Below the pieces are notes generated by a model that was not told the DNA's origin, searched no databases, and saw only the letters and a list, made by a program, of their open reading frames with translations. A DNA stretch of 64,000 nucleotides. Source: a virus (lineage: Duplodnaviria; Caudoviricetes). Positions 49,525 through 59,814 of the stretch are shown in pieces (the stretch's first letter is position 1; every line of letters starts with the position of its first letter). The stretch covers positions 128,001 to 192,000 of IMG/VR virus record IMGVR_UViG_3300031998_000003. The stretch is one strand, 5' to 3'. The translations under genes were made by a program, and so were the position numbers.

Positions 49525-50367
49525 TCAGATAACTGATAGTACCTCACATACATATTTTGTACATTCGGATTCTATACCGCGTTTGAAATCTGAGATTGCA
49601 AATGACAAGACGAGGTATATCGCCAAAATGATGTATATGTCAGTTTTTAAAACAATATTCGTGATCAATCGATTGATGAGATTATCAACATCGATATTAC
49701 AAGGGCTTTCATCTGACATGTAGAATTTGCAAACGCCATTGTAGTCCTGCTCAAAGAACATTCCGGCATCGTACTTTTCAACTTTATCCGGATCAATCTT
49801 GTTGCGTGACAAGAATGTTCGGATATCATTGATCGTGATGTTGTTTACAACGTACTCAATAGCAGGAGTCATGTTCGAGAACATCTGGAGCCGACATGTT
49901 GTAATCTCGTCGATGTATTTGAATAGACAGAAATAGATGTAGATATCATCAACAACATCCGCGAGTGTCACCTTGTTCTGATCAAGTGCCATGATGACTG
50001 GATGTGTTGGGTTCAGCGTGTTTCGAAGTTCATCCATTGTGACACGCTTTGCGATGCGTTCATAATCCGGAAGCTCATCGCGGTTCACAATGAATTCTCT
50101 TGTACGCTTTTTGTCAGTTTCATTGATTCTGATCGGAATTCTCTCTGGGACAGGAATGAAAGCATCGAGCGGGTTTGATTTCAATTCGATGTCCCATGTG
50201 AAATTCTTATAGTATTGCACATAATCATCACGGGAAAGAATTATGTGTTTACCATTGATCAGACCTGCAGCTTCAATGTATCCCTGGCATTGTGCCACGA
50301 GATACGTATGAATCTTTGATCGTTTGGAATTGATCTCATTGACCATTCCCTGCGGTAGTTTGAACAT
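49525..50367 (-). CDS. Hypothetical protein, 280 aa
   Basis: RBS AAGGAGAG; coupled to the upstream ORF. Confidence 0.75.
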   Translation of the reverse strand: MFKLPQGMVNEINSKRSKIHTYLVAQCQGYIEAAGLINGKHIILSRDDYVQYYKNFTWDIELKSNPLDAFIPVPERIPIRINETDKKRTREFIVNRDELPDYERIAKRVTMDELRNTLNPTHPVIMALDQNKVTLADVVDDIYIYFCLFKYIDEITTCRLQMFSNMTPAIEYVVNNITINDIRTFLSRNKIDPDKVEKYDAGMFFEQDYNGVCKFYMSDESPCNIDVDNLINRLITNIVLKTDIYIILAIYLVLSFAISDFKRGIESECTKYVCEVLSVI

Positions 50368-50552
50368 CAGAACTCTCCTTCCGGTATGTTTTCTTGTTGT
50401 CTGTTTTTGTTTTTCTCATTATAGTATTTCTCACGTAGTGGGCAATAATTGTCCACTACGTAAGGAAAGCCGTTTCTTTGTATATGAACAAAAATGAAGT
50501 CATTCAATCGAATGATCGTCGATTGAACTGAGATTGAAGATGATTGTATCAT
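50367..50552 (-). CDS. Small hypothetical protein
   Basis: ATG 50552 behind GAAAGGA. Confidence 0.55.
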   Translation of the reverse strand: MIQSSSISVQSTIIRLNDFIFVHIQRNGFPYVVDNYCPLREKYYNEKNKNRQQENIPEGEF

Positions 50553-50583
50553 AATTGTATTTCCTTTCAAATAGGATTACCCA

Positions 50584-50814
50584 TTAAGAAAGTTCATCAA
50601 CCATCTCATCAATTGCCGTGCTATCAAATGCTTGGCGTGCTTGTGCAATCGGATTCGAAGGTCCGTTGCTACTTGCAGCTGCCAATTGTTGTTGTTGCTG
50701 TTGATGTTCTTGCTTCTTCTGAAGCTTTCGGATTTCTCGAAGACGGTTTACGAATTTACGAGGCATTCGTAAGAGCATATCAATTGGGAGACATCTATTG
50801 AAGAGGTCTCCCAA
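50584..50814 (-). CDS. Small protein (T4 gp51-like), or a frameshift extension of 50820-52601
   Basis: LPIDMLLRMPRKF; weak start; the frame stays open upstream into the preceding gene. Confidence 0.5.
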   Translation of the reverse strand: MGDLFNRCLPIDMLLRMPRKFVNRLREIRKLQKKQEHQQQQQQLAAASSNGPSNPIAQARQAFDSTAIDEMVDELS

Positions 50815-50819
50815 CTCGA

Positions 50820-52601
50820 TCAGATCGACTCCATCTCTGTCAAGTTTATTTCGGTAGATGACAGCCTCCGAGAAAGCTGGAAAATCAGTGTTCCACCGAT
50901 ATCCGGAATCGGAATACGCTTCTCTTCACGACCACAAGCATCGCACTTGAAGTTCTCCAGATAGAAGTCCATCGGAGAGATGTTTTCAGCAGCAAGCTTG
51001 TTAACCAGTTGGAGGAGGATTGCAGCATCTCTCATGTCGAGGGATGTTGTAATGATCTTCTCAATATCATCCCAGTTGTCATAGCGATATTCAATGCCGT
51101 CGACAATCTTGGAGATTGCGGTAACGAACATCGCGTGTGCAAGCAGGTAAGAATATTCCGGATTGTTGTTGAGATAATCATCAATCTCTTCTTCACCGTT
51201 GAACATGTCACGATCTTCAGGCATGAATCTCTCACGCAACCGATCCATCAGCGGATAACGTCTGTTGATGAAATCATATGCTGACGGACGGTCATCGATC
51301 TCAACGATGTATCCGGTGTTCGGAAGCTTATAACGACGAATCGGGGAATTGAGCTTATTGAAGTGCTCAACTGCAGCCGTTCCAGGAGCGACAGCACCGG
51401 TCTTTTCCCATTCATACTTACCGATCAGCTCATCGTTAACGTGAATCAGTGTACGTGGATTGTACTTGATCTGATGTCTCTTTTCACACTTCGGGTTACC
51501 ACACTTGATCGTGATGGTTTCCTCTTCCTCAGAAGATGCAATCAGGATACCCCACATCAGCAGTTCACGGTCCATATACTTCGTCTTCTTCATGAAGTCT
51601 TCGAAGTCTTTGAAGTCACCGATAGAAACATTGGAAATGTGATCATAGATGATGCTCCACTGCTTCTTATCAGCATCAACACGACTTCCAGATGCAGGAG
51701 ACGAACCGAGCTGAATGAACTCGTAGTAGTTCAGCGGTTTCAACACGAGTCTGTATGCGGACAGCGGAAGTGTCAACGGCGTATCGAATACATCAGACTT
51801 GAACGGAGTGATGATACCATCACGTTGTGAGTTATTCACGATACGAGAACCTTGCAGTTCTTCACGTGTCACCTCAGTCACATAGATGTCAACACGATTG
51901 GTATGTGTCATTTCATTGACGACATTTTCATCAACATTAACCGTTACAGGAGTGCCACTTTCAACGTTGATATTGATTGTTGCCGGTTGATCCTTCGGAT
52001 TGGCCGGTTCTTCTTCCTGAGTAACTTCAGTTGCAGCCTGTGTAGCAGTGTCATTACTTGTATCCGGAGCAGTGTGACGCCAGCTCTTCAGAACAATATC
52101 CTCGAAATTCTGAGACGGTTCATCACCGCAGTAATAGTACTCCGACATCAGTTCGCCCATGACATGCATTCTGAAATCAGGGTCTTCATCTGTCGCGACC
52201 GGAATTTCACCAGATGTGATATGATTTTTCTGAAGGACTTTGTTGATCATGTTGGTAACGATCATCATGTTATTGCCCTGGAAGGCAATGTCCTGAGCTT
52301 GTGCTTCACGGTCATGCGGTTGCGGCGGCATGATCACACTCTTTGAAGCATTCTTCTTCTGAGCGAGCAATGCCTCATATTGTTGCTGACGCAGTTCTGC
52401 TTCCATACGCTCTTCTTCAGCCATCTCAAGTGCGAGATCATTTGTGCCATATTCATCTTCACCTTCAGTAGCAGCTTCCGGCGCTTCGGTGACGGTTTCT
52501 GCTTCAGGTTCTGAGAGAGGAGTGGGTTCCTCAGGTGTAACAATGTTTCCTTCACGACGAGAAATCAGAGCGTCGATCGGATCTACGAACTTGTCACTCA
52601 T
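50820..52601 (-). CDS. Baseplate hub assembly / tail chaperone-like protein (T4 gp26-like) with an acidic N-terminus
   Basis: LPLSAYRLVLKPL, CGNPKC and CDACG; RBS AAAGGAG. Confidence 0.55.
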   Translation of the reverse strand: MSDKFVDPIDALISRREGNIVTPEEPTPLSEPEAETVTEAPEAATEGEDEYGTNDLALEMAEEERMEAELRQQQYEALLAQKKNASKSVIMPPQPHDREAQAQDIAFQGNNMMIVTNMINKVLQKNHITSGEIPVATDEDPDFRMHVMGELMSEYYYCGDEPSQNFEDIVLKSWRHTAPDTSNDTATQAATEVTQEEEPANPKDQPATININVESGTPVTVNVDENVVNEMTHTNRVDIYVTEVTREELQGSRIVNNSQRDGIITPFKSDVFDTPLTLPLSAYRLVLKPLNYYEFIQLGSSPASGSRVDADKKQWSIIYDHISNVSIGDFKDFEDFMKKTKYMDRELLMWGILIASSEEEETITIKCGNPKCEKRHQIKYNPRTLIHVNDELIGKYEWEKTGAVAPGTAAVEHFNKLNSPIRRYKLPNTGYIVEIDDRPSAYDFINRRYPLMDRLRERFMPEDRDMFNGEEEIDDYLNNNPEYSYLLAHAMFVTAISKIVDGIEYRYDNWDDIEKIITTSLDMRDAAILLQLVNKLAAENISPMDFYLENFKCDACGREEKRIPIPDIGGTLIFQLSRRLSSTEINLTEMESI

Positions 52602-52705
52602 ATTACTTTCTCCTTTATCATGTTATTATTTCAAACAGAAACATATATCATTCAAATGATATCCACCAGGTGTTCCGTATTGAAATTATAAGGGGTGTTT
52701 AAACA

Positions 52706-53431
52706 ATGATTAATTTTAATCGAGAAAAATGCGAAAATCCGATGTTCGGAAAAACGCTGTGGTATAATCAGGATATTGAATTTTGTTTCAACAAAGAAAT
52801 TGTTGAATACGATATGCAGCAGGCTTCGTTGTCAGTTAGTAGACGATTTCATCTTCTAGACGATGATCTCCTTGATGAACTTGAACGTATGCCAAAGAAT
52901 ATCCGAACCAAAGAAGTTGGTTTGATCCAACGCAAAGACAAAGAGTTCTCTGACAATATGATCAATGGTGTACTTCAGACAAGAAAAGAATTCATTGAAG
53001 AAAATCAATTATCAGAAGAAGATATCATTACTTTGCATTCAGACGCGTTGATGTTTATCAAAAAGAAGTCAATAAAAGATAAGATCAACGGCGTCCAGTT
53101 TGTACACAAACACACATGGAACTCATACATCCGATATGGTAAAGTCGAGATGTTCTATGTCGATGGAACGATCGATTATAAAGGTATCCCGAAAGACATG
53201 CTTCAACAGCACACCATGGGCTTGAATCTTCATATATTACGGATCTTCGAAATGATGGAGAACTATGACGATGGGCTGATTCCATATCTGAGGAAATTCC
53301 AGAAACGATATCTGATGAATCAACTTCCAGATTACTATTATATTCCATTTGGACATACTGGTGAATTCAGATCATCAAATCTGAAGCTACTATCATATTT
53401 GGCGAAAATTGCAATTCACGAAATGAGGTGA
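52706..53431 (+). CDS. Small family-B-like DNA polymerase palm-domain protein
   Basis: IVEYDMQQASLS (motif A-like), ITLHSDALMF (motif C-like), IDYKGI; early-type motif at 52642-52659. Confidence 0.55.
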   Translation: MINFNREKCENPMFGKTLWYNQDIEFCFNKEIVEYDMQQASLSVSRRFHLLDDDLLDELERMPKNIRTKEVGLIQRKDKEFSDNMINGVLQTRKEFIEENQLSEEDIITLHSDALMFIKKKSIKDKINGVQFVHKHTWNSYIRYGKVEMFYVDGTIDYKGIPKDMLQQHTMGLNLHILRIFEMMENYDDGLIPYLRKFQKRYLMNQLPDYYYIPFGHTGEFRSSNLKLLSYLAKIAIHEMR

Positions 53432-53435
53432 ATTT

Positions 53436-54101
53436 ATGGTCTATGGATTTAATCTGTATCCATTGAATATCACAATTCGAACAAAGCCCGTATATGTCTG
53501 GACTGAAGATCCTAATATGATGCGATTGTTTATGTTACAACATGGCATTGATCCAAAACTTGCACATGTTAGTATGTCTGATATGACAGAAGAATACAGA
53601 CGTCCAGTTCAAAATATGGGAATATATGAATTGACGATGTGGAAGTTTGGTTCCCGAGATGATAAGACGATCCACAACGTTGTTACAACCCAGGACATCA
53701 TGAATACAATCGTGACAAATGTTGCGATTGATCTATCCGGCGTGATGACACTCGGTGCTGCTGCACTCAGAGGAGATATACAAATCTTTGAGCATATCGC
53801 AAAACTTGTTGAAAGCTTGGATTTCGTATATATCAAAGATGCATTGACTGCAGATGCCGGCGGATGTGACGATGATTATTGGCTGGAAGCAAAAGCAGAT
53901 CGTGCGAAAGAGTATCCTTTCTATGAATCTACTGCCGTCAACCAAGATGATTCATTCCTATATGAACGACTGTATGATACGATTTATCCGGGTATGATTC
54001 AAGCTGTAACACTGGAATCGTATGTAAACATTTTTACCAAAATCTATATTATTGGCAATTCGGATTATGATTGCCCACAAGGAGATGAATTTGATGTCTA
54101 A
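53436..54101 (+). CDS. Hypothetical protein
   Basis: RBS GAGGTG. Confidence 0.75.
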   Translation: MVYGFNLYPLNITIRTKPVYVWTEDPNMMRLFMLQHGIDPKLAHVSMSDMTEEYRRPVQNMGIYELTMWKFGSRDDKTIHNVVTTQDIMNTIVTNVAIDLSGVMTLGAAALRGDIQIFEHIAKLVESLDFVYIKDALTADAGGCDDDYWLEAKADRAKEYPFYESTAVNQDDSFLYERLYDTIYPGMIQAVTLESYVNIFTKIYIIGNSDYDCPQGDEFDV

Positions 54102-54489
54102 ACCGAGTCTAAATGTACGTGAGATTGTGGAATCTCATACACCAAAGAACTACAAGTACTACATCAATATCAAGAGCGATGACACGCTAAAAGAACTTGA
54201 AACTTTGGGATATGATGTTTCCAATCTCGATACAATCAACCGTCCTGAGCTGATCAGACTTGCAATCAATGCGAATTACAAATATTATGGGCGTGAAGTG
54301 GTTGCTAGAGCAAAGGAACCGACAATCATGGAACGTGGTGTGATTCTGAATAAGAAGATGGCAACAAAAACCGACAAGAAACTGGAACAGGTTGGATTGG
54401 CGTTCTTCGATGAATCCGATGTTTCATATGTCGCAATTAAGCTATGCTATGCTTTATTCGACATATATGAAATCTTTATATTGACATAA
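54094..54489 (+). CDS. Hypothetical protein
   Basis: Start behind AAGGAG; terminator hairpin at 54494-54521. Confidence 0.7.
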   Translation: MSKPSLNVREIVESHTPKNYKYYINIKSDDTLKELETLGYDVSNLDTINRPELIRLAINANYKYYGREVVARAKEPTIMERGVILNKKMATKTDKKLEQVGLAFFDESDVSYVAIKLCYALFDIYEIFILT

Positions 54490-54530
54490 AGAGATTGGTG
54501 GGGGCGTTTGCCCCCACCAATTCTTTTTTC

Positions 54531-55637
54531 TTAGCGTTGATCCCATGCAGGAGGTGCTGCATACGGATTTGTGATATCCGTAGAGGTTCCATTTGCATCG
54601 GTATAGATCTTGGAGTGATCGCTTGCAGACAGCGTGTGAGATGCCATCTGATCGCGACGCACTGCCTGACCCTGTGCCTGGAAGATCGGAGCATTGCCGA
54701 CAGCAGACTGAACTGCATCGAGGTTCGGGCGATTTCCACCATTGAACATAGCAGTATCGATTTTGGTCGAGTTGGCGTCGGTGAAGAATGCATCGCCAGC
54801 ACCCGGGTTGAGGTTGAGCGAGTTGCCGAAGATGGCGAACTGCTGAACGTATCTGGATGCGAGGTCGTTGACATATGCCGACTGGATGAATTGGCAGCTG
54901 AAGGACAGAGTAACACTCTGAATCTGTGAACCACCAGTTGGGTTAGAGTTGAAGATCTCGTAACCGATCTTGTTCTGCGGGATGCAGCCGAGAGCCATTG
55001 CAGCAGCCTCAACACGTGCACCAGAACGATCCAGTGCAATGACGAGGAATTCTGCAACTTCCCATGCAGGAGACGGTTCGAGTGCTGCGTCGAATGCGAC
55101 ACCTGTCGGTGGCAGGAAGATACGACGTGCAACATTGTTCTCATCAATGCTACCAGCCACAAGACCCTGATAGTGTGTCAAACCGGTGATCTCATCAGAG
55201 ATACCATCAATCCACATGTTGTGGAAGTTGGCGATTGGACGGCCGACAAGTTCAGGAACTGTGATCTGAATTGACTGAGAATTGTTGGTATTCTGCACTG
55301 TCGGAATGTTGATACTTCTTGCAGCGAAACCACCCTGAAGCGGTTGTGATGCAAGCGAGTGATCGCCGAACTGGCACTGAATACCCGTGTTGTAGTATTC
55401 GATGACCTTCTTATACGTTGCGAACTCACGGTTCGTATACGCATCATTTCCATCACCACCGAAGTAGTGCATCAGGAAATACGGTCCGCGATACATAACA
55501 CAGATAACACGGTTTGTTGTCTCGGGGTTGAGACTCCGGAGTGTGTGAATATCCGGAGTCAGTCCGCCGAGCATACCAGTGTATTGTCTCAAGTCGCCGT
55601 TGTATTCACGGAGACCAGTTTGCAGACTAATTGCCAT
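54531..55637 (-). CDS. Tail tube protein
   Basis: Directly downstream of the sheath; ELVGRPI..WIDGISDEITGLTHY pattern of phiKZ/AR9-like tubes. Confidence 0.75.
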   Translation of the reverse strand: MAISLQTGLREYNGDLRQYTGMLGGLTPDIHTLRSLNPETTNRVICVMYRGPYFLMHYFGGDGNDAYTNREFATYKKVIEYYNTGIQCQFGDHSLASQPLQGGFAARSINIPTVQNTNNSQSIQITVPELVGRPIANFHNMWIDGISDEITGLTHYQGLVAGSIDENNVARRIFLPPTGVAFDAALEPSPAWEVAEFLVIALDRSGARVEAAAMALGCIPQNKIGYEIFNSNPTGGSQIQSVTLSFSCQFIQSAYVNDLASRYVQQFAIFGNSLNLNPGAGDAFFTDANSTKIDTAMFNGGNRPNLDAVQSAVGNAPIFQAQGQAVRRDQMASHTLSASDHSKIYTDANGTSTDITNPYAAPPAWDQR

Positions 55638-55663
55638 AGCTATTTCTCTCCTTTCTTAAAAAA

Positions 55664-58600
55664 TTAAGATTCCGTACGTCTGTTGACGTTGACGATGATC
55701 GGAACACGGAGGATGAGGCCGCGGAATGTGACGTTCACGATACAGATGACAATGTCACCGCCATCGATGTTGATGTCACGCTTGAACTCGAAGGTGAGTG
55801 TAGAAACGAGGTTGCCGACCCAGTTACCGAACATGGTGGTGACTTCGTCCTGAATCGTCTTGAGAACAGCGTCGTCGTCATACTCAAACAGCTTTTCATC
55901 CAGCTTGTTCTGCAGGAGATATACGAGCTGTGACAGCGTACGCATATTGGATTCCTGGAGCAGATCGGAAGTCGAGGACTCACGATACAGTGTTCTCTGA
56001 GAACGACGAGTGAGGTTGCCGTTGACATCGATAACCCATGCATTACCACCGGAGTTGTAGAGCAGCTCGCGGAGATCCCAGTCGGTTGCATCGATATCCG
56101 GGAAGTAAGACACGAACTCGTCGGAACGAATTGTGGTGTACTTGCCAGTGAACGGCTTGTTGACAGATGTGGACTTGCAGTGACCAATCAGATAGTCAAC
56201 CAGACGCTTTGCATAGGTGTATGCGATACCATCTGCAGAAGATACATAGCCACCGATATCCCAAGATGCGTTCGGGTTGTCGAAACGCTTCTCGAAAGAG
56301 GTGTTAATGAGCTTTGCTGTGACAGCATCTGTGACACCAGCATCCAGGTGCAGAGACAGACCGGAGCCAGGACCGATCGGACGATGGTCTTCCGGAATAC
56401 CCTGATAGATGCGGTGAATCATCAGATCATACATCGCCTGCTTGACGTCGATATCGTCATCAGCTCTCAGGTTTGCAGTCAAGGACTGATCATACATGAC
56501 GGATTCCTTTTCATCCTCAGTGAAGATGGTGGAAGCCTGGATCTTATCCTGAACGCTGTATGTCAGATATGGCAGAATTGTCTGTCCAACGATGGTGTTT
56601 GTACCGCCGTCAAAGAGATACTTTGCAGGCACACGGTTCGGTGAAAGAATACGAGGATCAATCTCGCCTCTGTATGCCTTGACAAGCAGTGCAGAGTAGA
56701 GCCACTTGAACTCGACATCTGACAAACTCTTGTCATCGAAGAAGCCGGTGCTACCATCTTCCAGCTTAATACCGCCACCCTTTGAAGTCATCTCATTGGT
56801 GCCGTATACAGCGGAGTAGTAGTTTGCCGGAACTTGGATGTACTCTTCCTTGGTGATTCTCCAGAAGGAACCCTGAGTTGAAGAGATGATATAACGATCA
56901 ATGCTTTCCGGTGTCGCAGTCTCATCCTGTGCAGGAACGAGGCTGTGCGCCTTGATGCAGAGTGTCAAAGCAGCACCAGATGCAAGCGTAACAGGAACCG
57001 GCTTATGGACAACCTTTGCAAGCGGTTCACCGGAAGAACCGGTACCCTTGTCATAGTATGTCTTGCCAGCAGTGAAGGTTTCATCTGCAGTCAGGCTGTA
57101 CACATGCGTTGAAGCATTGAGTTCATACAGACCGAGCTCATGAGGATTCGTTTCACCAGCCTGCTTGTTGTGAGCGGTGTACTTTGCAGTCGTGTTGGAG
57201 TACACATCTGCGCCGTTACCGATCAGAACGAATCTGAACTGTCCACCCGTCTGAGGAATGATGTCATCACCAGCATCGAGTGTGAGCGTGATACCATCCA
57301 GATAGCCGTTGGTACCATCGGAAGTAGCATCCTCATATGTGAAGCTGTCATGAACACCGCCAGGAACAACTGCTGTGAGGACGTTGCTACCTGCGGTGGT
57401 GGTGAACACAGTTTCAGCACCGTTTGAAGAAACGTATGCGAGGCCGATTGTTGCACCATTCGGGTAGTCAGCTTCCGGAACATTGACCTGATACTTGCCG
57501 ATTTCCTGGTTATTGCTGTTCTTGATGCTGATGTCCTGCTTCTTATGAACATTAGCTCCGGAGCCAGTTGTTGTAACAGGGCCGAAGACAATTGTCTTAG
57601 CAGTATTGAGGTTGAATACCTGATTATCAGTATCGAACTTGTAACCAGCGATAGCAGACTCATCAAGAGTGATGATGTCATACTCAGTTCCCATCAGATC
57701 AGACTTTTCACTGTCGAGAATCATGACAGGAGGCTTGCCGATCGCAGTCTTGTTACCAACAACTGCAGTACGACCGGTTGTTCCGACATTGTCAGAAGTG
57801 ATGTCGTAGTTGTTGACACGTACTGCATTATTGAAGTCATTGTCCTTCAGAATGACAGTAGCACCCGGCTGCAGCCATGCGAAGTCAGTTGCCTCAGTTG
57901 CAATCACATTACCGGAACCGGCAGAAGGCGGTGCCCAGTTAAGATATGCATAGAGATCATTCTTCGGATACTTCCAGACATAGAATGTCCAGTAGGTAGC
58001 CCAGATGTCATCAGACTGCTTTGCAAGATCCTTGATACCAGTAGTGATGCTTGCCGCAGAGATCGGATTATTCGAAACATAGAAGATGTCGAAGTCGCCG
58101 GTCTGGATGCCGCCCTCATCAACTTGCATAACAGCGACGGTTTCACCAGGGTTGACCTTGCCGTCTCTGAGAGCCTTACGAAGCAGCGTACCGAATTCAG
58201 TCGGTGCATTTGTCGACGGAACAAAGATCGTTGCGATCGTAGAAGTTGATGTACTCGCATTGGTTGTTGAGCCATCATCCGGCCACGATTTTGTCTGCGA
58301 ATCGTAGGTGATCAGGCCAGACAAGCTCGTGAGGGAGTTCATCTTGATCGTTGACACAGCGCCCGTATACTGGTTCACAGAAGCAACGACGTAGAAGTAC
58401 GGGTTCATGTTGCTTGCAAGGCCGGAATACAGATAGACATCACCGAGATGAACAGTATCGCCTTCGTCGGTAATACCTGCGGTGGATGTCTCAAGCAGTT
58501 GCTTGTTGATCGTCTGATATGCCTTGGCCTTAGCCTGCTCAGGAGTCAGAGACTCATCGTCTTCCGTCTTCAGAACATAAATTCTGTTGGTCTGCGGGAG

Positions 58601-59650
58601 CTCCTCGATATCAGAAGATCTCATGTCGACCTGGAAGAATGGCAGCTTATAGCCGTCATCAGTACCGTTGTAGATGTAATTACCGAAGATCACATCAAAT
58701 GTATTGATGTTGAGCATGATGTTGACCTTGTTAATGTAGTCCGGTGTCATGACTCTGTTGTTCGGAATTGTCACACCTTCCTCGATCATCTCACTGAGGT
58801 GCTGACGGTAGTCGTTGTAGAGCTCTTCGATTGCAGGCTCGTTCACATATGGAACAACAATCGAGGAACCTTCAACACGGCGCTTAATCTGTACGTTAAC
58901 AGATTCGATTGCGTCCGGACGAGAAGCATTCTCAGAGTTGATCAGAGAAGCCGAGAACTGTTCGATTGTCGCATCGGTCGTTGTATCGATCGTAGAGAAC
59001 ATGTAACGAACGTTCGGCGGGTTCTTGCCCTGATTGGTCTTATCGATGACAGTTGCAAACTTGTTGTAGACTGCACCGCGGCCAGCAGAGATATTGACGA
59101 TGAATGCACGCTTCTTCCATCTTTCACCATTCGGATCGGTGGAAGGCGGATCGGATGAAGCATTCGCATACGACTTGACAATTGCAGCATACAGCCGATC
59201 ACGGTTCGCATAGTTCGCCAGTGCACGATCCTGTGCAAAGCGATCTGTGTTGTAGCGGACGTGGATCATGTTATCAGTGCTATCTTTACGCCATTCAATG
59301 GTGATGATAGAATAAGCATAGGTTGCATCATCCGGTGTCACACGCAGAAGCTTTACAGGGCCACCCTGGCTGATCAATGATACCGGATAAGTCGCTGACT
59401 GACCGAACTTCTTGATGTCGCCAGAGCTCAGAGCTCTCAGGCCGTACGCAACGTTCAGAACATCCGAACGCTTGACATCGATCACGCGTCTGTCTTCACC
59501 CATCGGGAGACCTGTTACGACGATCGCGCCGTACATAGACGGTTCATCAGCAATGACGACCGGGAGATCACCAGTATACGAAGAATTGTCCACAATGTGC
59601 ACGAGCGTATGCGGAAATGGGTACTTCAGACCAAACTTCGTCTCAATCAT
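55664..59650 (-). CDS. Tail sheath protein, enlarged (1328 aa)
   Basis: N-terminal YPFPHT..IVDNS and LLRVTPDDATYA; C-terminal SQRTLY..SDLLQESNMRTL..VTFRGL; strong codon bias. Confidence 0.85.
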   Translation of the reverse strand: MIETKFGLKYPFPHTLVHIVDNSSYTGDLPVVIADEPSMYGAIVVTGLPMGEDRRVIDVKRSDVLNVAYGLRALSSGDIKKFGQSATYPVSLISQGGPVKLLRVTPDDATYAYSIITIEWRKDSTDNMIHVRYNTDRFAQDRALANYANRDRLYAAIVKSYANASSDPPSTDPNGERWKKRAFIVNISAGRGAVYNKFATVIDKTNQGKNPPNVRYMFSTIDTTTDATIEQFSASLINSENASRPDAIESVNVQIKRRVEGSSIVVPYVNEPAIEELYNDYRQHLSEMIEEGVTIPNNRVMTPDYINKVNIMLNINTFDVIFGNYIYNGTDDGYKLPFFQVDMRSSDIEELPQTNRIYVLKTEDDESLTPEQAKAKAYQTINKQLLETSTAGITDEGDTVHLGDVYLYSGLASNMNPYFYVVASVNQYTGAVSTIKMNSLTSLSGLITYDSQTKSWPDDGSTTNASTSTSTIATIFVPSTNAPTEFGTLLRKALRDGKVNPGETVAVMQVDEGGIQTGDFDIFYVSNNPISAASITTGIKDLAKQSDDIWATYWTFYVWKYPKNDLYAYLNWAPPSAGSGNVIATEATDFAWLQPGATVILKDNDFNNAVRVNNYDITSDNVGTTGRTAVVGNKTAIGKPPVMILDSEKSDLMGTEYDIITLDESAIAGYKFDTDNQVFNLNTAKTIVFGPVTTTGSGANVHKKQDISIKNSNNQEIGKYQVNVPEADYPNGATIGLAYVSSNGAETVFTTTAGSNVLTAVVPGGVHDSFTYEDATSDGTNGYLDGITLTLDAGDDIIPQTGGQFRFVLIGNGADVYSNTTAKYTAHNKQAGETNPHELGLYELNASTHVYSLTADETFTAGKTYYDKGTGSSGEPLAKVVHKPVPVTLASGAALTLCIKAHSLVPAQDETATPESIDRYIISSTQGSFWRITKEEYIQVPANYYSAVYGTNEMTSKGGGIKLEDGSTGFFDDKSLSDVEFKWLYSALLVKAYRGEIDPRILSPNRVPAKYLFDGGTNTIVGQTILPYLTYSVQDKIQASTIFTEDEKESVMYDQSLTANLRADDDIDVKQAMYDLMIHRIYQGIPEDHRPIGPGSGLSLHLDAGVTDAVTAKLINTSFEKRFDNPNASWDIGGYVSSADGIAYTYAKRLVDYLIGHCKSTSVNKPFTGKYTTIRSDEFVSYFPDIDATDWDLRELLYNSGGNAWVIDVNGNLTRRSQRTLYRESSTSDLLQESNMRTLSQLVYLLQNKLDEKLFEYDDDAVLKTIQDEVTTMFGNWVGNLVSTLTFEFKRDINIDGGDIVICIVNVTFRGLILRVPIIVNVNRRTES

Positions 59651-59814
59651 TGGATATACTCTCCTTTTCTATAGATTTTTGGTTTGGTTCCTTATGAGAT
59701 AAAACGGGCATGATGAATCGCAAATCATGTGGTTAAACCTCACAATTATCTTTTTGTGTGAAGCTCGATTAAACCGGCGAAATTGGGTATGTGGGGGCCG
59801 AAGCCCCCACACAA

